Source: a virus. Taken from it: a stretch of DNA of 41,163 nt. The stretch is taken from the IMG/VR virus record IMGVR_UViG_3300045988_125200, positions 1 through 41,163 of that record, one strand, 5' to 3'. The first letter of the stretch is position 1; the number at the start of each line of letters is the position of its first letter. Positions 8,265 through 15,990 of this stretch are shown here, piece after piece. The notes under the pieces are model-generated. The model was given only the letters and a program-made list of their open reading frames with translations. It had not been told where the DNA came from and did no database searches. The translations under genes and the position numbers were made by a program.

Positions 8265-9872
8265 TTATTTATTTCTCTTATAAACCTTTACTATTTCCAT
8301 GTCTTTCACTAAAACAATATTATCCACAAACGCTGTATGTTTCGACAAATAAATGTCTTCTATCTGGCGTATCAATTCGTTCAGCTCAAGTGGCGTTTTA
8401 TCTGCGCAAATCACAAAGTTATTCGCTTGTCTCTTTTTTGATTTTACCATTCCATATAAAGTGTTTTTGCCATTGCCTTCTGGTGTTTTTAAATCAAATC
8501 TTGCACCATTGATCAGATAATCCGGTGTTTGTATGCCTTGCGTATAATTGATTTTTGGAACCATTTGAACTTGTTTTCCGGCTTTTCGAGCAATAACTTC
8601 TGCAATTTGCTTTTCATGTCCAGAATAGTTAAGTGTTATCTTATCATTATCCACCTGATACAATTTTCCATCCACTGTGTACTCCATCAGATCAGAAACG
8701 CTTCCGGCATTCCTAGTTTTATTTTTCCAGTCTGCCGTTATATCTAATGGTTTTCCGAAAAAATGTGAATTCGGTACATTTTCTTGTACAGTTTGTGCTT
8801 TTTCCGGCTTAGCAGTTGCGTTTTCTCGCCCCTCAACATATTTTGCGTACCATTCAGCATAATTCATGCTTCTTGGCACCAGTATCTTCTCACCGGTTGC
8901 CGGATCTATTGCAGATCGTTTCATTTTCGATATGTAAGCCCTGTCTACAACTGATATCGTTGTCGAACGACACCACGGATGCATTGGTGGACAATTCACA
9001 CCCACCTGATGTTCGCTGACTTTGAATATCTTTCCATCAAGACTTCTGCAGATTTCGGATGTTTTCAAGTCAAGTGTGGCAAGATACTGATATTCTTCAA
9101 TACCAGCTTCTTCATACGCTTTAAAATTCAGCTCAGTTGTTACATAATTGCTTTCTGTTCTGATGAGGCGCCTTGCAACCGCAGAGCCCTTTGCAAAGAC
9201 AGCATTTACACTTTCTGCCGCCTCACGTTCTGTCTTGCCGGTCATCAGTGACAAAAGAATCTCTTCTTGCACCTGCTCAGCCAGAGCCTGCGTGTTGTCC
9301 CATATCCGTTTTGAATAATGCTTTCCTGACCACGGACGAGACAAAACATGTTCGATCTGCTTCGGGTCAATGTGATTGAAAGAAAAACCAACTCCGCAGC
9401 GCTGTTGGATATCAAATATGGAACGGTAATAACTGTCCTGTGCAAGACTTTCGTACAGCTTCTGATTGGCTGTTTTTTCCTGCTTGTAGACATTCTGTAC
9501 CATTTCATCAATCTGGCTTTGAAGTCTCGCAAAATGTTCTATCCTGGCACGATAGGCAGCCGATTCGAGCTCAGCTATCAGCCGTTCTTTTTCTTTCTTG
9601 TCACCAGCATCTATAGAGTTTTGAAGCAACCTTACAAGCTCCTCAAGATCGCTCTTATTCTTCATCCGTCTGATAAGCAGATAAGCTTGCGACGCGCTCA
9701 GACCATGGCGGCGTCTGTATGTATCAAAGATATCTTCGAGCTGTCCTTCAATATATCTTGAAGCTTTTAGATATACCTTAGCAACCGTCTCGGCGGTTTC
9801 CTCAGCCTCGGCCATATCTTCATACATTTCCTGTGCAGCTCTGTTTTTCCAATATTCATCACTGCTCGCCAT
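8265..9872 (-). CDS. Minor capsid / head morphogenesis protein (MuF, SPP1 gp7 family) with a C-terminal toxin-like extension
   Basis: The MuF core is present (RPWSGKHYSKRIWDN..RLIRTESN..LDGKIF..PPMHPWCRSTT). It is followed by an extra C-terminal domain of about 180 aa. Confidence 0.85.
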   Translation of the reverse strand: MASSDEYWKNRAAQEMYEDMAEAEETAETVAKVYLKASRYIEGQLEDIFDTYRRRHGLSASQAYLLIRRMKNKSDLEELVRLLQNSIDAGDKKEKERLIAELESAAYRARIEHFARLQSQIDEMVQNVYKQEKTANQKLYESLAQDSYYRSIFDIQQRCGVGFSFNHIDPKQIEHVLSRPWSGKHYSKRIWDNTQALAEQVQEEILLSLMTGKTEREAAESVNAVFAKGSAVARRLIRTESNYVTTELNFKAYEEAGIEEYQYLATLDLKTSEICRSLDGKIFKVSEHQVGVNCPPMHPWCRSTTISVVDRAYISKMKRSAIDPATGEKILVPRSMNYAEWYAKYVEGRENATAKPEKAQTVQENVPNSHFFGKPLDITADWKNKTRNAGSVSDLMEYTVDGKLYQVDNDKITLNYSGHEKQIAEVIARKAGKQVQMVPKINYTQGIQTPDYLINGARFDLKTPEGNGKNTLYGMVKSKKRQANNFVICADKTPLELNELIRQIEDIYLSKHTAFVDNIVLVKDMEIVKVYKRNK

Positions 9873-11289
9873 CGCCTACATCCTTTTTATCCGGTGACTG
9901 GTCTGGCGGTATATTACTGCCGATACCGAAGGCCTCCTGCTGCCGCTTCAGGCTCTCTTCGTTTTCCTCATCAATCATCTTGATTTCTTCATCGACATCA
10001 TCTACAAAAGGCACCTGAGCTAACAGTGTTCGACGGCTCACCTTTCCCCAAAGATTAGATACGTATTGACTAATCTCTAAAAGATTCTTCGGCAATGCTC
10101 TTGTGAACACCGGCGTAATACCGGCTGTATCAATGCGGATGCCCGACCGGGTATTAAGGAAGTTCGCGAATATTCTCAGGCGTTTCCTCAGACCTCGCTT
10201 ATAATACCGCGTCTTAATCTTCGTGATATTTTCCATTCCCAGAAGTTTGAACTCCATAGCCACACCGCTGACGTTTCCGCCAAAACTCTCATCTGTCATA
10301 CATGGAATATGAGAAAACTTATGGATATCCTGTTCAATAGCTTTCTTCAATATCTCAACACCTGCTTCATCGTATGTTCTTGTTAGATATTCCGCTTTCG
10401 AGCCATCACCCGGCATTTCAAGCAGCTTTTCCTTATGGAGCTTTCGCATAGCCGCCTGGCCGCCACTCATCGTCCTGCCGTTTTCATCTTTTTCTTCGAT
10501 GTTGTCATCCGCCAGCAGAGTGCCATAGATGGCTAGAATAGCATCGATAAACTGTTCTTTATCCGTGATTCGGTCACTCATCAGAGCATTGTAAGCATCA
10601 ATCAAAGGGATCTGCAGCTCGAAGTCACCAATGGCCAGTTTATTGTTCAGATACTCAATCAGTGGAACTTCGCCTTTGAAATGAGCCTCAGGCGCTTCGA
10701 TCAAAGCCTGTGGTCCTTCTATGTTCTGGATATCCAATACATACTTATAGTTCTGAGTTAGAATGGTAGCGACGTAAACGGTATTATTGATATCTGTGTC
10801 GTCTTTTCTGGCATAATAATAGACACCGAAAAGCTCGTTCTGCTCAATGGTGTCATCGTAAACCATAAAAGTATTCTGTGGTCGCAAATTCTTCGTCATA
10901 AGGGCCGTGTCGCCCTGTTTTGTATAGATATATTCATATGCCCGGCCGTATATTGACAAGTCAAGGCCGTTGTCGCCATCCGTTTCATCTGCTCCGGCTT
11001 CTTCAAGTGCATCAGTCAGCTTATTAATATCTGTATCAGCCGACTTGTAAGTGACAGAATTGCCAATGAAATATCCACTGGCTGTATCTGATATGTCCTT
11101 TGCATGATTGCAGACCAACCTGTTCTCGCGTTCCTCATCATCCAGAATCTTATGTTTGCCCTCATAGTAATCTCTCAACTTATTCAGTTCGCCTACACCT
11201 CTTTGGTGTTTCAGAATAAGTTGTAAAATAGCCTGCTTATTAGGGTTCTTCTCATTCCATTTATCTGCAGGCATTGTAAACACATACAC
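9859..11289 (-). CDS. Portal protein (SPP1 gp6-like)
   Basis: 476 aa, located between terL and the MuF gene, with an acidic C-terminus. Confidence 0.88.
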   Translation of the reverse strand: MYVFTMPADKWNEKNPNKQAILQLILKHQRGVGELNKLRDYYEGKHKILDDEERENRLVCNHAKDISDTASGYFIGNSVTYKSADTDINKLTDALEEAGADETDGDNGLDLSIYGRAYEYIYTKQGDTALMTKNLRPQNTFMVYDDTIEQNELFGVYYYARKDDTDINNTVYVATILTQNYKYVLDIQNIEGPQALIEAPEAHFKGEVPLIEYLNNKLAIGDFELQIPLIDAYNALMSDRITDKEQFIDAILAIYGTLLADDNIEEKDENGRTMSGGQAAMRKLHKEKLLEMPGDGSKAEYLTRTYDEAGVEILKKAIEQDIHKFSHIPCMTDESFGGNVSGVAMEFKLLGMENITKIKTRYYKRGLRKRLRIFANFLNTRSGIRIDTAGITPVFTRALPKNLLEISQYVSNLWGKVSRRTLLAQVPFVDDVDEEIKMIDEENEESLKRQQEAFGIGSNIPPDQSPDKKDVGDGEQ

Positions 11290-11305
11290 TTTTCATCACC
11301 TCACA

Positions 11306-12604
11306 TTAATAAATTCCTGTCTTTGCTTTGCTTCCTATCTTCGCCATTCGATTACCCAACATCGTAAATACAAAATATCTCACTGCATCCATTGCGTGAT
11401 CATGCTGTTTCACCGGCCTGTCTTCGCCGTATTCTGCCGCCTTTGCATCCCAGATATACGAGCCAAACTCCATAATGGTATTCTCGCAGCTGTCCGCAAA
11501 GATAATTCTCAGAAGGTTCAACATCGTTGATACCATGCGGATGCCGTCTCCCACATCGTTCTTTGCTTTCAGCACCCTGTACCCTCGTTTTCTCAACTCT
11601 GCGATAAAAGAAGCGGCAGCAGGGTCAACTATGATCGCTTTGATTTCTGTGCCGTCCAGCCACTGCTCAAGGTCGTCAGCATATTCTGAATCCGTTTTCT
11701 GTTTGCCATGGTCACGGCCGGAATAGTAATATTCCCGGATGCAGTACCAAACGCCATCAACGCCCTTATTCCACAACAGAAAGACTGTAGCATTCTGCGT
11801 ACCATAGTCACAACTGACATACCGGTTCCCGTCTATGAGCTTTGGTCGGATAGCCTGGATATTCCTGACATGCTTTTCCTTCTCAAACATGTCATAGATA
11901 ATACCTTCCGCCATGGCCCACAGGCCTTTGATATAGCGCTGATAGAACACGCCCGTATACATCGAACGGTATCTGGCTTTGATAGCCTCAGACAGGCTCA
12001 GATTGTCGTCCATGGTGAAATGGAGATATAACAGATGCTTGTCCCTTGTCTTATCTATCCAATTCACCTTGAACCAATGATACGGACCGTCCGGATTGCA
12101 GTTAAACCAATACTTTGAGCCATCGACAGAACAACGGCCAGTTGCCTGGTTAACAAAAGATTCAGGCATCAAAGCAACTTCATCAAAAAAGACCCCGGCC
12201 AGAGTAATACCCTGGATGAGGTCTTGTGAACGTTCGTCCTTACCACCAAATATGTAAAAATTGTTTTCAACACTGCCCCTGGATATGACAACTAAGTTAT
12301 CGGCTCTGTGATCCGCAACTCTGTATCCTCTGGATTTCAACATCAGTTTCAGCCAAAATAAAACATTTCGTCTGAATGAACCGATCGTCTTGCCACACAT
12401 GGCAAAATTCTGGCCATTAAATGTCGTCATGGCCCACAGCACGAATGACAGCGACATGCTGACTGTTTTGCCGGAACGGATAGCACCATCAGCGATAATG
12501 CCATCATAATCTTTAACCGGTGATGTCTCTGTCCACCAGTTCAGGACCTTGCGCTGCTTTCTTGAGAAAGGCTGAAAATGAAAGAACTGTTTAATCCGTT
12601 TCAT
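11306..12604 (-). CDS. terL: Terminase large subunit (PBSX/Terminase_3-like)
   Basis: 432 aa. It has a Walker A-like motif (DGAIRSGKT), a Walker B motif (GVFFDE) and a C-terminal nuclease region (DHAMDAVRY). Confidence 0.92.
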   Translation of the reverse strand: MKRIKQFFHFQPFSRKQRKVLNWWTETSPVKDYDGIIADGAIRSGKTVSMSLSFVLWAMTTFNGQNFAMCGKTIGSFRRNVLFWLKLMLKSRGYRVADHRADNLVVISRGSVENNFYIFGGKDERSQDLIQGITLAGVFFDEVALMPESFVNQATGRCSVDGSKYWFNCNPDGPYHWFKVNWIDKTRDKHLLYLHFTMDDNLSLSEAIKARYRSMYTGVFYQRYIKGLWAMAEGIIYDMFEKEKHVRNIQAIRPKLIDGNRYVSCDYGTQNATVFLLWNKGVDGVWYCIREYYYSGRDHGKQKTDSEYADDLEQWLDGTEIKAIIVDPAAASFIAELRKRGYRVLKAKNDVGDGIRMVSTMLNLLRIIFADSCENTIMEFGSYIWDAKAAEYGEDRPVKQHDHAMDAVRYFVFTMLGNRMAKIGSKAKTGIY

Positions 12605-13163
12605 CCTGCACAGCCTCCTCCGACCAATCGTCAGCGGCAGTTCCCTTTAAAGCTTCAAGAAAACCGTCATCAGCTGCCTCTTCATCATCATCCAGCTGCG
12701 CTTTCGCCTTAAGCAGTTCTGTCTGGGCCTTGACCTGTTCAATTTTTGCCCGCTGTTCTTCTTCATCGAGTGAGGACTGTGTGCGGTCATTCCATCCGGC
12801 AAAATTATTCCGCAAACTGAATTGAGCGCCATTTGAACCGTCTCGATCAAATAATCGTTCTTCGGTATACGCTTCAATCATTGTCTTCGCGCGTGTAATC
12901 GTGTTCACAAACTCTTTTTTGCCTTGATAATTAATTAATGACAATCTCGTTGTAAAACCCAATGCAAGCGCCAATCCGGTCACGGTCGGTGGCCGCTGGT
13001 TGATAATAACCGGATTACCCCATTTATTTAAAACAGGCTCACCATCATCATTTCTTAAGATTTCGCCTTCGCACTCCTTGAAATAGGCGTTAATCTTTTC
13101 TTCAATTTCTTCTCGGCTTTTATATTTCGGCGGCCTTCCAACTACCGCTTTACTTGCTGCCAT
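12591..13163 (-). CDS. terS: Terminase small subunit
   Basis: 190 aa. The N-terminal HTH-like GRPPKY..EIEEKINAYF is typical of gp3-type small terminases. The gene overlaps the terL start. Confidence 0.8.
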   Translation of the reverse strand: MAASKAVVGRPPKYKSREEIEEKINAYFKECEGEILRNDDGEPVLNKWGNPVIINQRPPTVTGLALALGFTTRLSLINYQGKKEFVNTITRAKTMIEAYTEERLFDRDGSNGAQFSLRNNFAGWNDRTQSSLDEEEQRAKIEQVKAQTELLKAKAQLDDDEEAADDGFLEALKGTAADDWSEEAVQDETD

Positions 13164-13183
13164 CTGGCCACCTCCCTGTTAAT

Positions 13184-13582
13184 TTATTTCTTGAGTTTCT
13201 TTCCTGTTTTCCAATCTATGCCACGTTTAGCAAGTGCCCTTCTGGCCGCCTGTGTTGAAGAATTATCCTCATGCCCTGTTGCGTGTCTAAGAAGTCTCTC
13301 AACGGTAGTAGGCTTTCTTATCCTGCCTGCTGCCACTTCGTTATTATACGCATCAATAGCAGCATTTCGTTTTGCGGCATAATCGTTCCTTGCCTGTGTT
13401 GCTTCTTTCAACATTTTTTCATTTTGCCTGCGTGTCAATCCATGCGGAATACGCATTTTGTCAATCATGTAATCACTGATCGGTGAACTTAGACCACGCT
13501 TTCCGAGATATTGTTCAAGTGACTGGACTTTAGGTTCCACAGCGCTTTTGCTCATCCCACTGCTGCCTCCACGTCCTCCCAT
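13184..13582 (-). CDS. Hypothetical basic protein with an MGGRGGSSGMS leader
   Basis: 132 aa with RBS AAAGGAG, immediately after a terminator hairpin. Confidence 0.7.
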   Translation of the reverse strand: MGGRGGSSGMSKSAVEPKVQSLEQYLGKRGLSSPISDYMIDKMRIPHGLTRRQNEKMLKEATQARNDYAAKRNAAIDAYNNEVAAGRIRKPTTVERLLRHATGHEDNSSTQAARRALAKRGIDWKTGKKLKK

Positions 13583-13590
13583 AAAAAACT

Positions 13591-13619
13591 CCTTTCAAAA
13601 CAAAAAAGAGACCCATTTC
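13591..13619 (-). terminator. Intrinsic terminator
   Basis: The minus strand reads AGAGAC-TCAGAAATGG-GTCTCT followed by TTTTTTG. It lies directly 3' of tRNA-like element 1 and 5' of the RBS of gene 13184..13582. Confidence 0.65.
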
Positions 13620-13630
13620 TGAGTCTCTCA

Positions 13631-13700
13631 TGGCAAACGCCCGGATTCGAACCGGAGCCACCTCCATCAAGGTATGCTCCCCCTACACTACTATTTGCCA
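13631..13700 (-). ncRNA. tRNA-like element 1 (non-canonical, possibly a degenerate tRNA)
   Basis: The acceptor pairing is GGCAAAT/GTTTGCC, the D loop contains GG, and the T arm is TCCGG-TTCGAAT-CCGGG. The anticodon arm (TACCT-TGATGG-AGGTG) has only a 6-nt loop. The variable region is about 2 nt. Confidence 0.4.
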
Positions 13701-14086
13701 GTTCTATTGTACCATAACTTTCTTACTCTCTCAACCATACGTTTCTCTTCAGTTGTCAATCTGGATGCACCTTTTTTGCCATCATATTCATTATGATTAT
13801 ATCCATGATGCACGTGGGGTTTCATTCCTTTATGTGCCTTATCCAAATCAATCTGCTTACTCCTTTTATTTTCATTGTCGTGATATGTAATAGCTACCAG
13901 ATTATTTTCTCCATTAACAGTTACATACACTCGACCCCTTGTCATGGTTTCCATCGGTGTTTTCGCAGAACTCGCATCATTATATCTGACAAATTTAATA
14001 TTACCAGCTTTGTATAATGTGGTATATTCTGTTCCATATCTCTTTCCTTTGTCGCTCATCCCACTAGATGAGCCTCTACCACCCAT
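13691..14086 (-). CDS. Hypothetical protein with an MGGRGSSSGMS leader and a His-rich C-terminus
   Basis: The internal ATG at 14086 has RBS AAGGAGG. The longer ORF-track version, which starts at 14263, would overlap the DUF4417 gene. 131 aa, ending in TAG TAG inside tRNA-like element 1. Confidence 0.65.
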   Translation of the reverse strand: MGGRGSSSGMSDKGKRYGTEYTTLYKAGNIKFVRYNDASSAKTPMETMTRGRVYVTVNGENNLVAITYHDNENKRSKQIDLDKAHKGMKPHVHHGYNHNEYDGKKGASRLTTEEKRMVERVRKLWYNRTGK

Positions 14087-14717
14087 TGCATTTCGCCTCC
14101 TTGAATTTCTCCGAGAATGCCCGAATCCTGACAATACTCTCTGTACATTCATCCGGAACGTTGCCATAAAAAATGATGGTCTCAGGTTCCAACCGTCTGA
14201 CCATCTCTTTATACCCCTGTATGAACAGTTCCTTTGTTCGTTTATTCTGCTGAGTGCCGACACTGGACACTGCTACAACTCCGTGTGCAGGTTCTCCATC
14301 AAAGCACCACTCATAACTGCTTTCATCGCTCCAACCGATTGTCGGGATGACATCAATGCCATTTTCCTGAAGGTATGCGCCTATCCAGTGCTTGCGGTAA
14401 TGATTGTATATCTGCATAGCCTTCGGAAAATCCGTGTACATAGAAAAATCCGGTGTCATCACGCACCGGAACTGTTGAAGCATCGGCAGGTATCTATCAG
14501 GCGTGGACTATAACCGGTTAAACCTGTAATCGTCGATAAAGAAATGAATGCCTTTATCCACACGCTGCGTGCATCTGGCAGCCTGACTGAATGGGATAAA
14601 TTCGCAGTCCCCCACATCAATGTGTGCAGGCTCTATCTCGGGAATGTTATACTCACCTACACCATCATAGATGCACTTTTCCAAATTTTCATAATTTCTC
14701 GTATTTCTGTAATTCAT
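14076..14717 (-). pseudogene. DUF4417-family gene interrupted by one in-frame TAG (14508..14510); either a pseudogene or a readthrough gene
   Basis: ORFs 14508..14717 and 14076..14483 are in the same frame. The conserved domain runs straight across the TAG: ..IHFFIDDYRFNRL*STPDRYLPMLQQFRCVMTPDFSMY.. Confidence 0.75.
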
Positions 14718-14750
14718 TCAGTCTCACCACCTCTCATTCATTGATATTTA

Positions 14751-14818
14751 AGCCGCCATCAGGAATCGAACCTGCGACCGTCTACATTGCAGCTACTCTA
14801 CCACTGAGCCATGACGAC
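14751..14818 (-). ncRNA. tRNA-like element 2 (non-canonical, possibly a degenerate tRNA)
   Basis: The element reads GTCGTCA-TG-GCTC-AGTGGTA-GAGT...GCAGG-TTCGATT-CCTGA-TGGCGGC-T. The acceptor, D and T arms are good. Only 19 nt separate the D and T arms and there is no 5-bp anticodon stem. No CCA is encoded. Confidence 0.4.
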
Positions 14819-14820
14819 AC

Positions 14821-14850
14821 GAAAAAGACGCCCAGTCAAACCGGGCGTCC
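14821..14850 (-). terminator. Intrinsic terminator
   Basis: The minus strand reads GACGCCC-GGTTTGACT-GGGCGTC followed by TTTTTC. It lies after the late regulator gene and abuts tRNA-like element 2. Confidence 0.75.
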
Positions 14851-14933
14851 ATATACAAAAGGAGGGATTCAATTAATGAACCAGTATGCCACAAGGTCTC
14901 TTCCCGAAAACCTCAGTGTAATAATATCATAGA

Positions 14934-15380
14934 TTAATACTGTCTTTCTATGTCCTCTTTGATATCTATAGCATCCAAAGCCTTGGAATGTAGTTTATGC
15001 GTCCATCGCCATGTGTACCCCAATTCACTGGCCACATCCTCCCATCGCATCCCCTTTATGTACCGGCACATCAGCAGCGCTCTCTGGTTATGATCCTCCA
15101 CTCTTCGGATCCTGTCTGATATGCTCTCATACAATCGAATTTTCTCAAGCTGCCATTCTTTCAGCCTGGTCAGCTGCTCATCCATTCTAGCCATGTACGC
15201 AGATAAATCACTGTGATCAGAACCATGCGGCATACCATCCATGACCATTGACGGAAACATTTTGTCTTCTCGAAGTCGCTGAATTTCATCAAGGATCATT
15301 TGCTCTTCCCGGACAGCTGCACGGTACTTATTTAGCCAGACTATTTTTCTGTGGTTTTCTTCTTTCTTTGACATTTCCAT
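14934..15380 (-). CDS. Late-gene transcriptional activator, ArpU/RinA/DUF1492-like (sigma-70 region-4-type HTH)
   Basis: The C-terminus (LLMCRYIKGMRWEDVASELGYTWRWTHKLHSKALDAI) looks like a sigma region 4 HTH. The ATG at 15380 follows GGGAGGGG. The gene sits upstream of the packaging module. Confidence 0.65.
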   Translation of the reverse strand: MEMSKKEENHRKIVWLNKYRAAVREEQMILDEIQRLREDKMFPSMVMDGMPHGSDHSDLSAYMARMDEQLTRLKEWQLEKIRLYESISDRIRRVEDHNQRALLMCRYIKGMRWEDVASELGYTWRWTHKLHSKALDAIDIKEDIERQY

Positions 15381-15396
15381 CGGTATCCCCTCCCAC

Positions 15397-15424
15397 TCAA
15401 AACGGGACAGCACAACGCCGTCCC
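15397..15424 (-). terminator. Terminator-like hairpin immediately upstream of the late regulator RBS
   Basis: The minus strand reads GGGACGGC-GTTGT-GCTGTCCC (8 bp including one G-U) followed by GTTTTGAG. Confidence 0.5.
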
Positions 15425-15445
15425 TGGTTAATTGTTATTTACTTA

Positions 15446-15745
15446 CTACATTTCACGTTCTTTTCTAATCCTTGCCGCCCATCTGTGCCATTTTGAATTA
15501 TCGCATGATTCCAAAATGGGGACACCAATCGCATCCGCCGCCACCAGAACATCCGCTAACTCTTCATTCAGCTGTTCAGATGCAATCGATACATGTGTCG
15601 TTGTCGGATTGTCGGAAAGCTTTTCAGCCCTGATCAGCTTCAACGCCGCTTGCGACAGCTCTGCTGCTTCTTCTGCAAGCTGTTCAAGCAATGTTCTTCT
15701 GTCGATATGTTCAAGCACATATCTTTTATCGTCAATATAACTCAT
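15446..15745 (-). CDS. MazG-like nucleotide pyrophosphohydrolase family protein (putative)
   Basis: 99 aa. The motifs LEQLAEEAAELSQAALKL..NEELADVLV resemble the EExxE/ExxD helices of small phage MazG proteins. Confidence 0.5.
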   Translation of the reverse strand: MSYIDDKRYVLEHIDRRTLLEQLAEEAAELSQAALKLIRAEKLSDNPTTTHVSIASEQLNEELADVLVAADAIGVPILESCDNSKWHRWAARIRKEREM

Positions 15746-15984
15746 TTCATCGCCTCGCTAATCACTAATGAAACTATAAAAAGTATTAAATTTGTCAGCC
15801 AAAGGACCGATATAGTACCATACATTAAAGCCCACAGTCGTCTTCCTTGTACATAGAAATCCGTAAACAGCATTATACTTATGACTATAAGCAAGCTGTA
15901 TATTATTATTTTAGTTATTTCTCCTGCCATTCTCACTTTATCATTGCCTCCCTTATCTTTCTGTATAACTTCAAGGCTTCCCAC
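15742..15984 (-). CDS. Small membrane protein (2 TM segments)
   Basis: Two hydrophobic segments are present (IIIYSLLIVISIMLF and LWLTNLILFIVSLVI). The true start is probably internal, at the GTG at 15936 or the ATG at 15930. Confidence 0.55.
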   Translation of the reverse strand: MGSLEVIQKDKGGNDKVRMAGEITKIIIYSLLIVISIMLFTDFYVQGRRLWALMYGTISVLWLTNLILFIVSLVISEAMK

Positions 15985-15990
15985 ATTTCT

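Noticed and set aside
13691-14263. 190-aa version of this ORF starting at 14263
   Set aside because: The first 59 codons overlap the DUF4417 coding frame and are Arg/Ser-rich junk. An internal ATG at 14086 has a consensus AAGGAGG RBS and reproduces the MGGRG leader seen in the neighbouring gene.
13631-14818. The two tRNA-like elements as amber suppressor tRNAs explaining the in-frame TAGs
   Set aside because: Neither sense sequence contains CTA anywhere in the region between the D and T arms, and neither forms a 5-bp anticodon stem with a 7-nt loop.
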